This document shows positions 8,370-21,350 of a stretch of DNA of 64,000 bases, one piece after another (the first letter of the stretch is position 1; the number at the start of each line of letters is the position of its first letter). Both the position numbers and the translations under genes were made by a program. Below the pieces are notes generated by a model. That model saw only the letters and a program-made list of their open reading frames with translations, did not search any database and was not told where the DNA came from. The stretch lies in the NCBI GenBank assembly GCA_044892525.1, contig CM097885.1, positions 10,976,001 to 11,040,000 of the forward strand, given 5' to 3'. This DNA is from Schmidtea polychroa (lineage: Eukaryota).

Positions 8370-8590
8370 TAAAAATAACTTGACCTACATATTTTTATAA
8401 ACTATATAGTCGTGACCTACTTAATTTGACTTATTTATTTATATAGTGTCCTGGAGGTAACATATATTTAAAGTAACTTGACCTACATATTTTAATACCT
8501 ATATAGTCGTGACCTACATAATTTTAACTTGATCTACTTAATTTTAACTTGACCTACTTATATATATGTGTCCTGGAGGTGACACATCTT
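8370..8590. repeat. Short-motif array (TGACCTAC) running into the truncated PolB 3' end
   Basis: TGACCTAC at 8381, 8413, 8479, 8510 and 8550, plus TGATCTAC at 8530; GTGTCCTGGAGGT occurs twice. Confidence 0.8.
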
Positions 8591-11500
8591 ACTACTAAGG
8601 TTTTTGACACTGATTTTTGAATTCCTTTACTTTTATTTTCTTTATAGCTTTTCGGGTTTTCAGGGAATGAAGGATATTCAAATGTGTGATCTATTTCAAC
8701 AGATCCTTCTCCCTCCCCTATTATAAATTTTATTGTATGCTCTTTCATAATTGGTTTGTCTTTCATTTCAAGAGAATATTGTTTAGGTCTAATAAACACT
8801 CCTCCACTTATTGGAGTATTTGGTTTTTCATCTTTAAAAGTAAATAATTCTCCAGAGTTGTTTATTAATTTATTTAAGGTTTCGTTTTCACTTATTTCCT
8901 TTTTTAAATCTTTACTATGACCTTTTAAAAACATACTATCAGTGTCCATAGCATGCATGGATATTCGATCTCCAAAATGGGGTACTAGAACATCATAGTA
9001 GGTCTCATACATTTGAAGCTTTGAAAGTTCTAAAATTGAAAAGCCTATAAAGATTGGTTTATTATAAGTTTTTACAGAGTTTTTAATCTCTATAGCTATA
9101 AGGTTACTAGAGAATATCTCTGCATTTTTAAATGTAGGCTTTCCAATTATTCGATTATATTTATTAAGATCTTTTGTTGTATTGGTTAAGAGCTCTACAC
9201 GAGTATATTTATCAATATTCTCCATTGTCTTTCCAAAGACTGCATTGTTTAAAAGTTTATAAATCATATCAAGAAAAGCATTTCCAGCTCTCTTTGCTGC
9301 ATTTCGTTTTAAGATATTTCCCTCGATGAATTTTTTCATAAAAGGAGCTTGTCGGAATTTAATTATAGAATGTACTTTTTTTAAAACCATTCCATGTGAG
9401 AGATAAAACTGGAGGAGTCTATAATGACAAAGATAATCAGTTTTATCTGTTTGTCCACATAAAAGTTTTATACATGGTGTTCTATTCTGAGCAATCTGCC
9501 AATCTGATAGTTCTTCAGGAGAGATCTTTCTTCTTACAGGAGCAAATGGAAAATATCTAGTTCTGGATTTTATTTCATTGGGATATTCAAGATCACATTC
9601 TACAACATATCCAAATTGAGAATCTTTTGGTGTTTTTAGAATTTCTTGTATTAATTCCTCAGTGGGTTCTTTCCAGGTGAACTTGCCAATTGGAAGGTAT
9701 TGAGTCATTACTCCCGCATATAAAGCTGTTGCATCTATATACATTATTTCAGAAGGATTAGAAAGACCTTCCATTATTTCCTTACGATCTTCTGGGTTTG
9801 TTATTTCTACATATAGAGCATCAGGATCTTTGAAAAATTTAGGATAAAGAGTTGTAAAATTATTAGCATTTATTTCTCTATTCCCTTGTACTGAAGAAAT
9901 ACCTCCTCTAATATTATGTTTATATACATTAAACATATCAAGCTCAACTAATAATTCAATAGTTTTATTTCTTACTGCTACATCTTCATCAGTCCATATG
10001 GTATATAATAATATAATAATATAGCTAGAGAGGGAGCGGTTATATAATTATAAGGTTTTAATTCAAAAGCTTTTGAAAATGTCTCGAAGCAATCAGCTAA
10101 GATATAAACATCCAAGGAAAGATACATGTCAGTATATTCTCCAAGGTTTCTACAGTTGAATAGATTCCACATTTTAACTGCACGGGAATATTCCTGATCA
10201 GAAATCCCTGATTGTGTTAAAACAGAAAAGAAATCTTCTTGGGGTGGGAGTAATTCATTATATTTTTCAAAGGAGTCTATATAATCATATGGATAGATTC
10301 CTTTTGCTAGACAGGTATTATATTCCTCTAATGGAATATTATTTTTTAATAACACATGTTCTTTTGTATATTTAAAATCCTCAGGGTTCATAGTTTTAGC
10401 AATCCCATCCAAAGACATCCCTAAGAAATTTAACGAGTCCAAAAACTTAAAGCATCCATATTGAATGCTTTTATATTTTTCTTTTGTAAGTCCAATAACC
10501 TTGAAAGAGTTTTTAGCATTTGCGGCCAGATGCTTAATGAATAGGTGAATATCATAGCCAAAAAGATTGTGAAATATAAATGGTATGTGTGTTGGTTTTT
10601 TACAATTGAGATTACATTTTTTATGGGCTGCTCCTCTGTAATTATTTTCTCTTTTAAAATGATCATGGTCTGCAACCTTTGGCTCCTCATCCTCCTCCTC
10701 CTGAATATCAAACTCTTGTTTACACATCCAGCAGTGTGTTGCATTTTTATATTCTTCCTCTTGTTCTTCTGAAAAATTCATAGGAAAGTTGGATTTTAAT
10801 ATTATATATAATTCATGTTCTAGATTATTTAAAGTTTTAACAAAATGATCTAGAGTCTCTTTGTCAGAAGTTCCTCTAAATGAATATTCTCTAGATTCTA
10901 CAAGTTCTGGATAATTACTTTTAAAAAACATTTTATAAGCAGAGGGTAATTGTTTTGTTAGTTTTACAGTATTAGTTTTTGTTCGTCTTAGTTTTACATT
11001 TATAGCTTCAAAATCACAATAAACCACTCCCAATGCTTCTAATAGATTGGAATAGTTTTTAAACCTCATATTAGCATTTTTCTTGTGTGGCATTTTTATT
11101 AAAGCAGGTTGATTCTTACAACAGAGTCTCTCATGTTTAATGGCAGCAAGTTTTGAACTTGAATGATATAAACATCTTTTACAACATATGCCTCCACGAA
11201 TGAGTGTGTTTCCTTTCATAAAACTTTGAAAATTCTTTATTAAGATATAATGAAGTTTTTTATCTAACATAGTGCCTCCGGACGCAGTGCTTTCTGCTTC
11301 TGGTTCTAATGAAATGCCTTCTTCTGCTTCTCTCCTCGGGTGAACGCTTTGAACCTCTTCACCATATTCTTCTCCATCAAAGTCTTCATCTGGTTTACCT
11401 TCTTCTAATATTAAAAGATCTACTTCTCTCTTTTCATCTGAGATTTCCATGTTAGAAATGTAAATAGGAATAATGTGTTTATAATTTTTATTTTTTCTAG

Positions 11501-12527
11501 TTTTTGTAATTTTGGTTGGAATGAATTGATAAATATTAATTTTAAGATTATTTAATTTTTCAAATGCTGGAACATCTTCAATTTTCATTGGGTGGGAAAA
11601 ATCTTTTGGATAAATTAATTCAGATTCATATTCTTCATATTTTTGAACTCTCTGTGGGTTAGTTGCTTGAGGATGTAAGTGTGCAAGTATTGACCATTGA
11701 AAACATTTATTATCTTTATTCTGTACATTTATAACATGGTTGGAGGTGAATGGTGTGTGAATAAAAGATTTAGGATTTGGTGGTGCGCCTCTCCAGTATT
11801 CAATCTCTATATTTTGAAAAGAGTGGAATCTTAAATTAGATTCTCCTAGTTCTTGTTCCACCTGTTCTTGTTTTTCTTCCAATTCTTTAGCTATATCATT
11901 AACAAGTTTATTTCCTGCTTTTGTAGAAAATAAATATTTATATGAGGTTTCAATTTTTACATCTAGAGGCATTGCGATTGAATCATCTCCTCTCCAGTAT
12001 TTTGCATTTCCTGTAAATTTAACTTTTATAACATTAAATCTTGATATACCAAATTTTTTTATAGCATCATCCATTGATGATATTATTTTTTTTTTATTTT
12101 CTCTTATATATTGCATGATTGATCTGGGTCCTCGTTTTACTTCTACAATTACATCGGTGTGATTGAAGTTGTCCCAATTAAACTCTAGTTTTTCAGCTTT
12201 TTCAGTCATTGAGTTTGAATCAGAATCTTTTGCTTCAAGACCACAATCTTCTATGTGTCTTAAGTAAAAAGATTTTATCTTCATCTTTTTTCCACATGCT
12301 GAACATTCGAATATTTCTCTGTTTTTAGGAACTCCAATACAATTTTTGAAATGCTTCTTATAACCTGAAAATAAATATCTATCCTTACATTTAGTACAGA
12401 TTTTGGAATTAGTGTCATCTAGTGTGTTAGCTTTTATTAAATGGTCTTTTGATTTTTTATGAGATGTTAAAGCAGTTTTATTTTTAAAATTTTTTTCACA
12501 AATTTCACAATTGAAAATAGCTTCCAT
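8554..12527 (-). pseudogene. Protein-primed family B DNA polymerase (pPolB); frameshifted near 10000-10020 and apparently C-terminally truncated
   Basis: N-terminal zinc fingers; NKCFQW...HYILIK region; Exo I VYCDFEA; EndoVII-like DHDH...YRGAAH..CN; Exo II FHNLFGYD; KGIYPYDY; Exo III YLSLDV..LAD; polymerase motifs YIDATALY, KLLNNAVFGK and MDTDS. The second frame resumes as TIELLVELDMFN...IRGG. Confidence 0.95.
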
Positions 12528-12687
12528 TTTTAAAAAAATTTTTTGGTTGGATATGATGTTTTGGTTTTGATATTAATTTTTATTTTTTTTAAATCTAAAA
12601 GTGATCAGGCGACCTAGATCATTATGAATTAGGTAATCTGATATTCTTATAACATTAAATCCTTATAACATTAAATCCTTAAGACCA

Positions 12688-12934
12688 AGTAGTGAGGAAT
12701 CTATGCACCCCGTTACCTTTTCTCGGAATTACTAATCTATAAATACATCTATTCCGAACTTTTTTACTTTTAAGGGAAGAAATTAAGGGTTAATGGCAAT
12801 AGGGGACAAAGTTTAAAAGTTAAAAAAGGTGAAGAATATGGGGTAAAAAAGCATATAAATGTGGAAAATATGGGTCAATAGCGCTGTTTTTTTTTTAGGG
12901 TGGGGGTGCTGGGGTGCATAGATTCCTCACTACT
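12688..12934. repeat. Polinton right terminus (12911-12934) plus a perfect internal inverted copy (12688-12711)
   Basis: AGTAGTGAGGAATCTATGCACCCC versus GGGGTGCATAGATTCCTCACTACT, 24/24 reverse-complement identity. Confidence 0.9.
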
Positions 12935-15900
12935 CTTATACCTATCGAAAGCCCCGAACTTAAACCTTCAAATCTTAAAAATATGAAAGACACCTTCTGA
13001 TAAAGGGAAATCAATGTATGCAACTACATCCACCATAGAAATGACAAGAAATTCCAAAAAAGCCTAGAGGTTAAAGGTAAAACGTAAACCCTTAAGCCCC
13101 CTACCTTGGACCTCATAAAGACGAGAAAAACCAAAATATCGAAAGATACCATGTCCAAAGACTTAAATGATGAGATCTTATATTACTTTGACTTGCGAGG
13201 TAAAATACAGTGCCGTGGATGTCACTATACTTCCTTTTGTGGACAAATTTCTGCCACTGATATTGATAAGATTATATCGCACGCCAAAGAAATCCATAAC
13301 ATCACTATAACCTACAACTCTTTAATTGACTGCCACCAATGTAGACCCAAAGGGGAAGGAAGCAGATCTACTCTGAACACCATAACGCTTAGAAATCTCT
13401 ATAACCATATCGATCAATTCGAGCACCATTGTAGTGTGAGCAAAGACTTTCTTAAAATTATTACCCTAAAAATCGCTTCTTCTAATCGTTTTTTATGCCA
13501 CAACCTGAACAAAAACTGCAACAAATGTTTCCATTCCTTCGACATTGACACACCCTTAGACATAATAAATAGTCATATGGGAAAATACCATAAGAACCTA
13601 AAATTTGATACCAACTTAAAAATTTATTGTTTCTGTGGAAAGTGGATAAAATATCAAGACTCTAAAGATCATATCGAGAATAATCACCCCAACAAGGAGT
13701 ACTCTAATAGCCTCGTGGATAATGACCACAATAATAAAGTAAATATTAATAATAAAAATAACCTTTTTAATGATATTCTGGATACCCAAGAGGCAATCCT
13801 ATCACATCTAAATAACGAAATCATAAATAGAGATATACCTGACAATATCCTATTTACTAATAATATCGATAAGGAGGCTGCATGATGGTCACAGCATTCT
13901 ATCAAGGCCTTCATCTTTTCCTTTACCATCAGACCAACTACCATCTTTGTAGACCCCTATATAGGTAATGCTCTTATACAACACAACTTCAAAACCTTCT
14001 TTGAAACCTTTCCTTTCAAAGACTTTTCTGATTGGAATGAGATCATCATGCCAATGTGCCATGCTAAAGACAATTGGTTTTTCTTCTTTCTAGACAAACG
14101 TCGAAAGCTTGCAGTACTTATTGACCCTACAACTGATGAAAGCCCTTCTGTCCACCTCTCCCTGGCCAATAGCATTCTTGAAACCATCTTAGATCTACAG
14201 AAAATTGTCTCTTCTATTAATATCCATCTTCAATACCCTGAATATCCTAGATGCAGCACTCCTAATGAGTCAGCCTTTTTCGTATGCCACATGATTGAAT
14301 GCCTCATGAAAAATGATAGAATTACCTCTCCTAACATCCAGAATATGATTAATAGAATAAAATTTATCATTAACAAAATATTAAATAATAGAATGGCTAG
14401 TGATGATGTGCGAAAATATCGTCCATTATTCAATAGTCTTATAATTAATCTAAATAATGATACAACAGACTGTGAATCAGTCCTTTGTGAAATTAATAAA
14501 ATAAATGAAAACATTAATCCAAAAAAATACATTCATAAAATTCCTGCAGACATCACCCATAAAATGAGAAAAAATGCCAATGAACTACTAATTATTAAAA
14601 GAAATAGGTATAAGTTTAATCCAAAGGAGGAAATAACCAAAATACTAAATAATGAAACCAGTTTTCAAAAGCCTACTATGAAAAACCTTCTAAAACTCTT
14701 TGCAGGGACATAGCCAGCTGTCAAACTTTCTCTATAAACCTTCAATGCTCATATCCTGAAACTTACTCCTCCACTCCATTTGACCTTGATGATATTAAAT
14801 ACATCCTGTCCCAACTTGAAAACACTGCCCCTGGTCTTGACCTTATCACTCTTGCTAACTGGAAGAAAATATCGCCAGATCATGAACTAATCTTATCCAT
14901 ATGCAACAATATCCAACGGAACTCTGTATGCCCATCCTCTTGGAAAACCTTCCGTACTAAACTTATTCTTAAAGCTGGGAAAAATGAAATAAGCCATGAA
15001 GCCAGCTCATGGAGACCTATATCCATTATGAATACCATTTATCGTATCTTCTCTTCTCTCCTCAACAATAGGCTCCTGGGGTGGATCAAGGAAGGTAACC
15101 TTATCTCTAACAATCAAAAAGCGATTGGTGCCCCTGATGGCTGTGCAGAACACAACTTTATCCTTCAACTTATTAAAGATGCCTCTAATCGCAACAAGTC
15201 TGATCTACATATTATATGGCTAGACATCACGGATGCCTTTGGTTCCTTGCCGCATGACCTTATCTGGTACACATTATCTAAAATGGGTCTTCATCCAAAT
15301 TCCATCCAACTTATTAAAAACATGTACGACTAAGTTAACACTATCTTTGACTGTGAAGGGGAAACATCGCCATCTGTTCCAATTCTTAAAGGGGTAAAAC
15401 AAGGATGCCCCTTATCTATGACTCTCTTTTGTCTCTCAATAGACTTCATTATTAAAAACATCCTAATCTCTCATCCTTTTATACTAGGAGAAATGAATAT
15501 AGGTATCCTCGCATACGTTGACGACATAGTACTTATACCTGACTCTTACTCCTCAATCAACTCTGCTCTCCTTGAAACTATTCGCCTTGCTTCACTAGCT
15601 AACCTCAAATTTAAACCTTCTAAATCTGGCTACTTTCATCTTAACCATAACTCAAATTACCACCCCATAAAACTATATAACGAGATCATTCCTAAGGTAG
15701 ATGACTCAAACTTTTACAGATACTTAGGAGTTGACTTCTCCCTCAAAAAAAGACACAATATTGATGAAACACTTGAATGTGCTCTCAAGGATACTGAGAA
15801 AATCCTCAAATCACACCTTCACCCATCCCAGAAAATTAATGCCTTTAAAATCTTTATCCACTCGCGTCTTATCTTTCCTTTTCGCAATTGTGAAATACTC

Positions 15901-17150
15901 CACAACATTCTTGAATCCCATAAAAACAACATCATAAAAGATAAAGACCCACAAAAAGGCTTCGATAATAAGATTAGAAAAATAATAAAAATCGCTCTCG
16001 GAGATCGACTACTCCAAATAAATAATAACTTCCTTTATGCCTCGATAAAAATGGGCGGAATGGGTCTCACCTCAGCCATTGATGAATATATAATTCAAGG
16101 CATTGTACACCTCTCTCGTGCACTAAACTCCACCGATACATCCTTCCGCAATCTTATCCTCTCAGAACTTACGTTAGCAAGAGGCCAAGGCAATCTTGAA
16201 GCAGCTCTTTCCTGGATCAATGGCAATACTTCGAAACCATTCCAACACCGCTCAATATTCCTAAAATTTAAAAAATCTGCTGACCTACTTCGTCGGAAAT
16301 ATGGAATTCACGCTAAAATCCTCCTCCTAGACAACTTATATCAACTCGAAATCCGATACAAAGACAGAATAAATTACTTTCATAACGACAACGTTAACAC
16401 TATCTCCTCTGAAATTCATTCCATTATTGGCCTCATGCACGCTGAAAAATGGACTCGTCTAACGCACCAAGGCCATATTGCAAAATTAATTTGTAATAGC
16501 AGCACAGCTGGCTACCTCATAAAAACTGATATTCTTACTGATGCCCAATTCTTCTTCCTTATCAGGGCACGTAATAACCTCTTAGAACTAAACTTTACGC
16601 CCCATAGACTTAAAACCAAAAATCTATACAATGTAGACATTGTAATTCACACCCTGAAACCCAAGCGCATATCTTTAACCACTGTCCAGCAAAGATAAAC
16701 GCGCGTAGAAACAAACACTCTCGTGTCCTGGATGCCGTCTGTGAATTTCTCTTTAACCTTAACTTCTATTTAGATGTTGAAATAACACCTCTTGGTATAC
16801 CCACTCTGCTCAAACCTAACCTTATTAAAAGATCCGTAAGGAACAACAACAACCACATCCGGGATATTAAAGTCCCCTACGAACAGTGGGAAAACTTTAA
16901 AAGAGTGACCAATGATAACTATGCAAAATATGCTAATTTAGCTATCCAAATTGAAAAGGCACATAAAGTTAAAACCACCATCTCCGCACTTGTAATCGGC
17001 ACCCTTGGCTCCTGGGACTTTAACAATGACCAGATACTTAGCAAAATAGGACTTTCTAAATCTGAAATTAAAGGATTGTCACAGAAAGCCTGCACAGCCG
17101 CAGTAGTGAGTAGCTACCACATACTTAGAGAACATACTCTTAAGGATTAA
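12935..17150 (+). mobile_element. Degraded NeSL/Utopia-clade (RLE-type) non-LTR retrotransposon: Zn fingers, Ulp1-like domain, RT, CCHC, restriction-like endonuclease
   Basis: RT motifs APGLD, SSWRPISIMNTIYR, QKA..DGCAEH, WLDITDAFGSL, KGVKQGCPLS, AYVDD and YRYLG; CRHC...ETQAHIFNHC; KPNL...DIKVPYE and GTLGSW. Multiple stops and frameshifts. The 5' boundary is approximate. Confidence 0.85.
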
Positions 17151-17346
17151 TCTATTATTATTATATATATCTACCTACACAAAGCATTACCATATTATAT
17201 ATTGTCCACTATGGTTATATTATAAATAGCTACCTTACTTTCAAATTACTAAATAATACTAAATAATTATATTTCCAACTATAACACCCTAACCTCCCTT
17301 GGATTAATCTTACAAAAACCTTTATCTATGATATATACATTATCTA

Positions 17347-17583
17347 TACTGCCCTCCTTATCAAATAGACCGTAACTGCAAAAATACACTTAGGAGATAA
17401 ATAACAAAACGTGTTTTCAATTCTGCCAACCAGTTAACCTAAACCAATCATCCATTTATATATATAAGATACTGTCTTATCGCTAAGCAGAATGAAGGTT
17501 AATTGCAGCTGCATACAGTTGACGCCTCTAACTCGATTTTTGTAGTTTTGTCAGTTACGGTCTATTTGATAAGGAGGGCAGTA
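17347..17583. mobile_element. Tc1/mariner-type MITE
   Basis: Perfect inverted repeat TACTGCCCTCCTTATCAAATAGACCGTAACTG at both ends, flanked by TA. Confidence 0.85.
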
Positions 17584-17849
17584 TAATACATGTAAGCAAA
17601 GCATCCACCTACCTATATGTATATCATGTTCATACTACACTACCTATAACTAAATAACTACCAATAATTAAATAACTAACTTACTATAGCTAAATAATAA
17701 ATAAATAATTAACTACCTATCACTAAATAATTGCTCAATCAAACCACTCCATCTCAAACTGCCGATCTAATAAGTTTTAACTCTCCTTTATACCCACTAA
17801 CTAACTCAAATCTACTATTTTCTCTTTTCTCTTAATACTACCAATATTA

Positions 17850-18480
<631 letters not shown>

Positions 18481-18707
18481 CCAACCTTCACCAACTCCTT
18501 TTAATATATATTATAATAAGTAGCTATTATCGCTATAAACCTCGCAGGGGAGCCTTCCTGCTCCAACATTTACATTTATTTAAGACCAAAGAGAAACAAT
18601 CTCAACCAATAATGACGATCAACCTCCTGAACTCGCAACTCCAATCAAAGCTATTATCCTCTACGATCCTGTTTCCCCCGTAAATGGCCGACCTCCACAA
18701 TGCTCAA

Positions 18708-18910
18708 AGCATCATTCAACAACGACCTGCTAATATTCAACTAGTACCCTATATGATCTTGTTTCTCACCTCAAAGAAGATTGGCCATATCAAATAACAA
18801 CAAAGATTCAATGCATCATTCAACAACGACCTGCTAATATTCAACTAATACCCTATCTGACCCTGTTTCTCACCTCAAAGAAGATTGGCCATATCAAATA
18901 ACAACGACCT
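18708..18910. repeat. Tandem duplication, about 104-bp unit x2
   Basis: GCATCATTCAACAACGACCTGCTAATATTCAACTA...CTCACCTCAAAGAAGATTGGCCATATCAAATAACAAC repeated. Confidence 0.85.
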
Positions 18911-20449
18911 GAGAATCTCATCACAGCCAGGTCCAATCAGCCTATCCTATTGCACATCCTCTGCCACCACAAGAAGACCTACTACAAAATATCTATATCT
19001 ATATATAAGTACCTCAAAGCATAACCTTATCTATAATCAAACTATCTATACTACAACCCAACTATAATTCCAAGGATGGAGAACATATCTACCTGAGTGA
19101 CCTATCCTCCCAAATCCACATTTATGTGTTTGATGTTGGCATCCATATGCCAACATCCCAAGTATTCCAAATAGAAGCTGCAGAATTTGAAGGACGAGAT
19201 TCAATCTCTCCTTAGGCCAAGTGGTCAGATAAAAACTTTGAATAAAATAAAATTTGATTTTTTTTTAATGGGCAGTGTCAATGGGATTTAAAAATCAGAA
19301 TACCTATAAAACAAGATCTGAAGAAGAAAGGATGAAGCCCCCAGATTACAATAAATATAATTCTTTTAACCCTTCAAATAATTATTTTTATTCTAGAAAG
19401 GAAATGAAAGAAGCCATTGATAAACAACCTATGGGCCAAACAAAATCAACATACAGGTCTTATGCCAATATTGCCAAATAATATAAAGGATAATAAATCT
19501 AATAATTACCCTAATGTAGTAGATGAAAACTCTAGTGAATTAATTAAAACTCATTATTGTAATGTTTTCAATGAAAAATGTATTATTATTTCTAGCAATG
19601 TATAAATCAAAATACATCACTATTTCCTAAAATGCTAATTTTAAATTCAAAATCTTTCTAAAAAACACGTGGAAACTTTTATCTAAAAACTTAATAACTA
19701 TAAATTAATTAGTATTCATTTTAAACCTTTAGATAGCATTACAGACATACATTGTTACATAGAAAATTGTGAATTTAGATTCTAATGCAGAATTATTAAG
19801 TTATTATTATACAAGATGTTTACAATAACTAAATGAAAAATTTAATACTCATTCGTGGCTTAGAAAGACCTTTATTTTCAATTAAAATATTAGGAAACAG
19901 TTTGATTTCAGTCAGATGTGTACTAATGACTGTAATGATAAATTTGGTCAGTTCTTATATTCTAAACAAGAGCTTGGTAAAGAATGAGGTGAACCTCTGT
20001 TTACCAAAATGACAAATAAACATATCTTAAATTATCCGATATTCAAAGAAAATTCTGCATAAATAAACAAAAATCAGAAAAATTTATAATTTTACAAATT
20101 GAAAAATCTTATAAATTTATATTTTTAAATAAAAAAACATAAAATAATTCATTTTCGATTTTTAATTGTGATTCTATTTTTTTTTAATTTTTTTCTTCAC
20201 CTTAATTTAAAAAAAAATTGTAAAAAAAATTTGCAAAAATGTTTATTTCTACAAACTGATTAACGAAAGTTCTGTATTTATTTGTGCCATTTATACATAA
20301 AAGGTTTCATTTTAGTAAATAATCTCATTTTTTCTTTCACAAAAAATAACTAAAATTAAATTTTCAAATTATTATTTAAAATTTTTTTATTTTGATTTTA
20401 CCAATAAATATTACAAACGCTCAAAGTTGCAAGTCAAATACACTCAAAA

Positions 20450-20631
20450 TCATCGTCGGCCGAAGCGAATATATCTTTTTTCCAAGTTTTCATTCATATC
20501 ATTTAAAAATTCACTATCAAGAAGGTCGTTTCTTTTATCAAATGGAATATATTCTCTTTTGCCAAATCTGATGTACCTTTTATTTGGACTTAACTGTTGA
20601 TGACGTTTCCCAAATCTAATGTATCTTTTTT
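20450..20631 (-). CDS. spp-11: Last coding exon of a YIRFamide (FMRFamide-like) neuropeptide precursor, planarian spp-11-like
   Basis: After the acceptor TTATTAG: (x)KRYIRFGKRHQQLSPNKRYIRFGKREYIPFDKRNDLLDSEFLNDMNENLEKRYIRFGRR*. Three KR-YIRF-G-(K/R)R cassettes. The gene symbol is from memory of the planarian prohormone and is not verified. Confidence 0.9.
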
Positions 20632-20632
20632 C

Positions 20633-20687
<55 letters not shown>

Positions 20688-21157
20688 TGAATTTATTGAG
20701 GTGCCTCATAATCTTGATTGCCAAAATTTATATTTTAATTGTGATCTTTTAAAAACATTTGGAAATTTACTAAAAATTTACATCAATGGCTCAATCATTA
20801 TTTCAAATTCCCAGGATTCTCGAGTTATATATGACTATCATTTTCAACTGGCTTAAAATGTATTCTGTGCCGGTCAATTTAGATATACTAAAATTAGATT
20901 ATAAAATATTTTTAATATTAATTTTTTAATCTTAAACTTAAAATTTTTTTTTGGTTTTTATCAAAATAGAAATTTTAAAATTTAAATTTAAATAAAATTA
21001 GATTTTTAATTATGGTATGGTTTTTTTTATAAAAATGCGTTGTTTAAATATATATGATGTTTTTTGGTAATTAGCTTTGTAAGATTATTTTATAAGTTAA
21101 CCATTGTGCAATTAATATGTTTAATTGGAAATACAGTTCTTCTTTATATTATTATAC

Positions 21158-21350
21158 TTATTAAAAAGAGAGTTTGAAGACTATAAATCAGTAATATATC
21201 GATGTTTGTTGATACTCACGAATTTTCGGCACTGATATTCAGCAAAAATCGATATATTACTTATTTATAGTCTTCAAACTGTTTTTTAATAAATTCAATG
21301 GAAAAAATAATCAGTGGTGAAATTGGAAGAAAAAAAAGGTCTTATAATAT
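21158..21350. repeat. Foldback/MITE family copy (related copies near 25192-25335, 38326-38430, 46058-46200, 49178-49403, 60722-60840)
   Basis: Shared arm TATAAGAAC...TTTCACCACTGATT...GACTAT(G/A)AATCAGTAA(A)TATATCGATG and its reverse complement. Confidence 0.75.

Larger units (their letters stand above)
1..12934. mobile_element. Polinton/Maverick (adintovirus-like endogenous virus), right-hand part; left part lies outside the window; decayed copy
   Basis: Clustered hallmark genes (pPolB, rve integrase, A32-like ATPase, major and minor capsid) ending in ...CACTACT at 12934, the reverse complement of an AGTAGT-type Polinton terminus. Nonsense and frameshift lesions in integrase and PolB. Confidence 0.95.

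Noticed and set aside
8020..8590. Regularly spaced repeats resembling a CRISPR array
   Set aside because: The units are homologous along their whole length with no unique spacers, there are no cas genes, and the context is eukaryotic.
12688..12934. Independent 247-bp mini-Polinton insertion
   Set aside because: No 6-bp TSD at its immediate flanks (AGACCA versus CTTATA); kept as a terminal structure of the large element.
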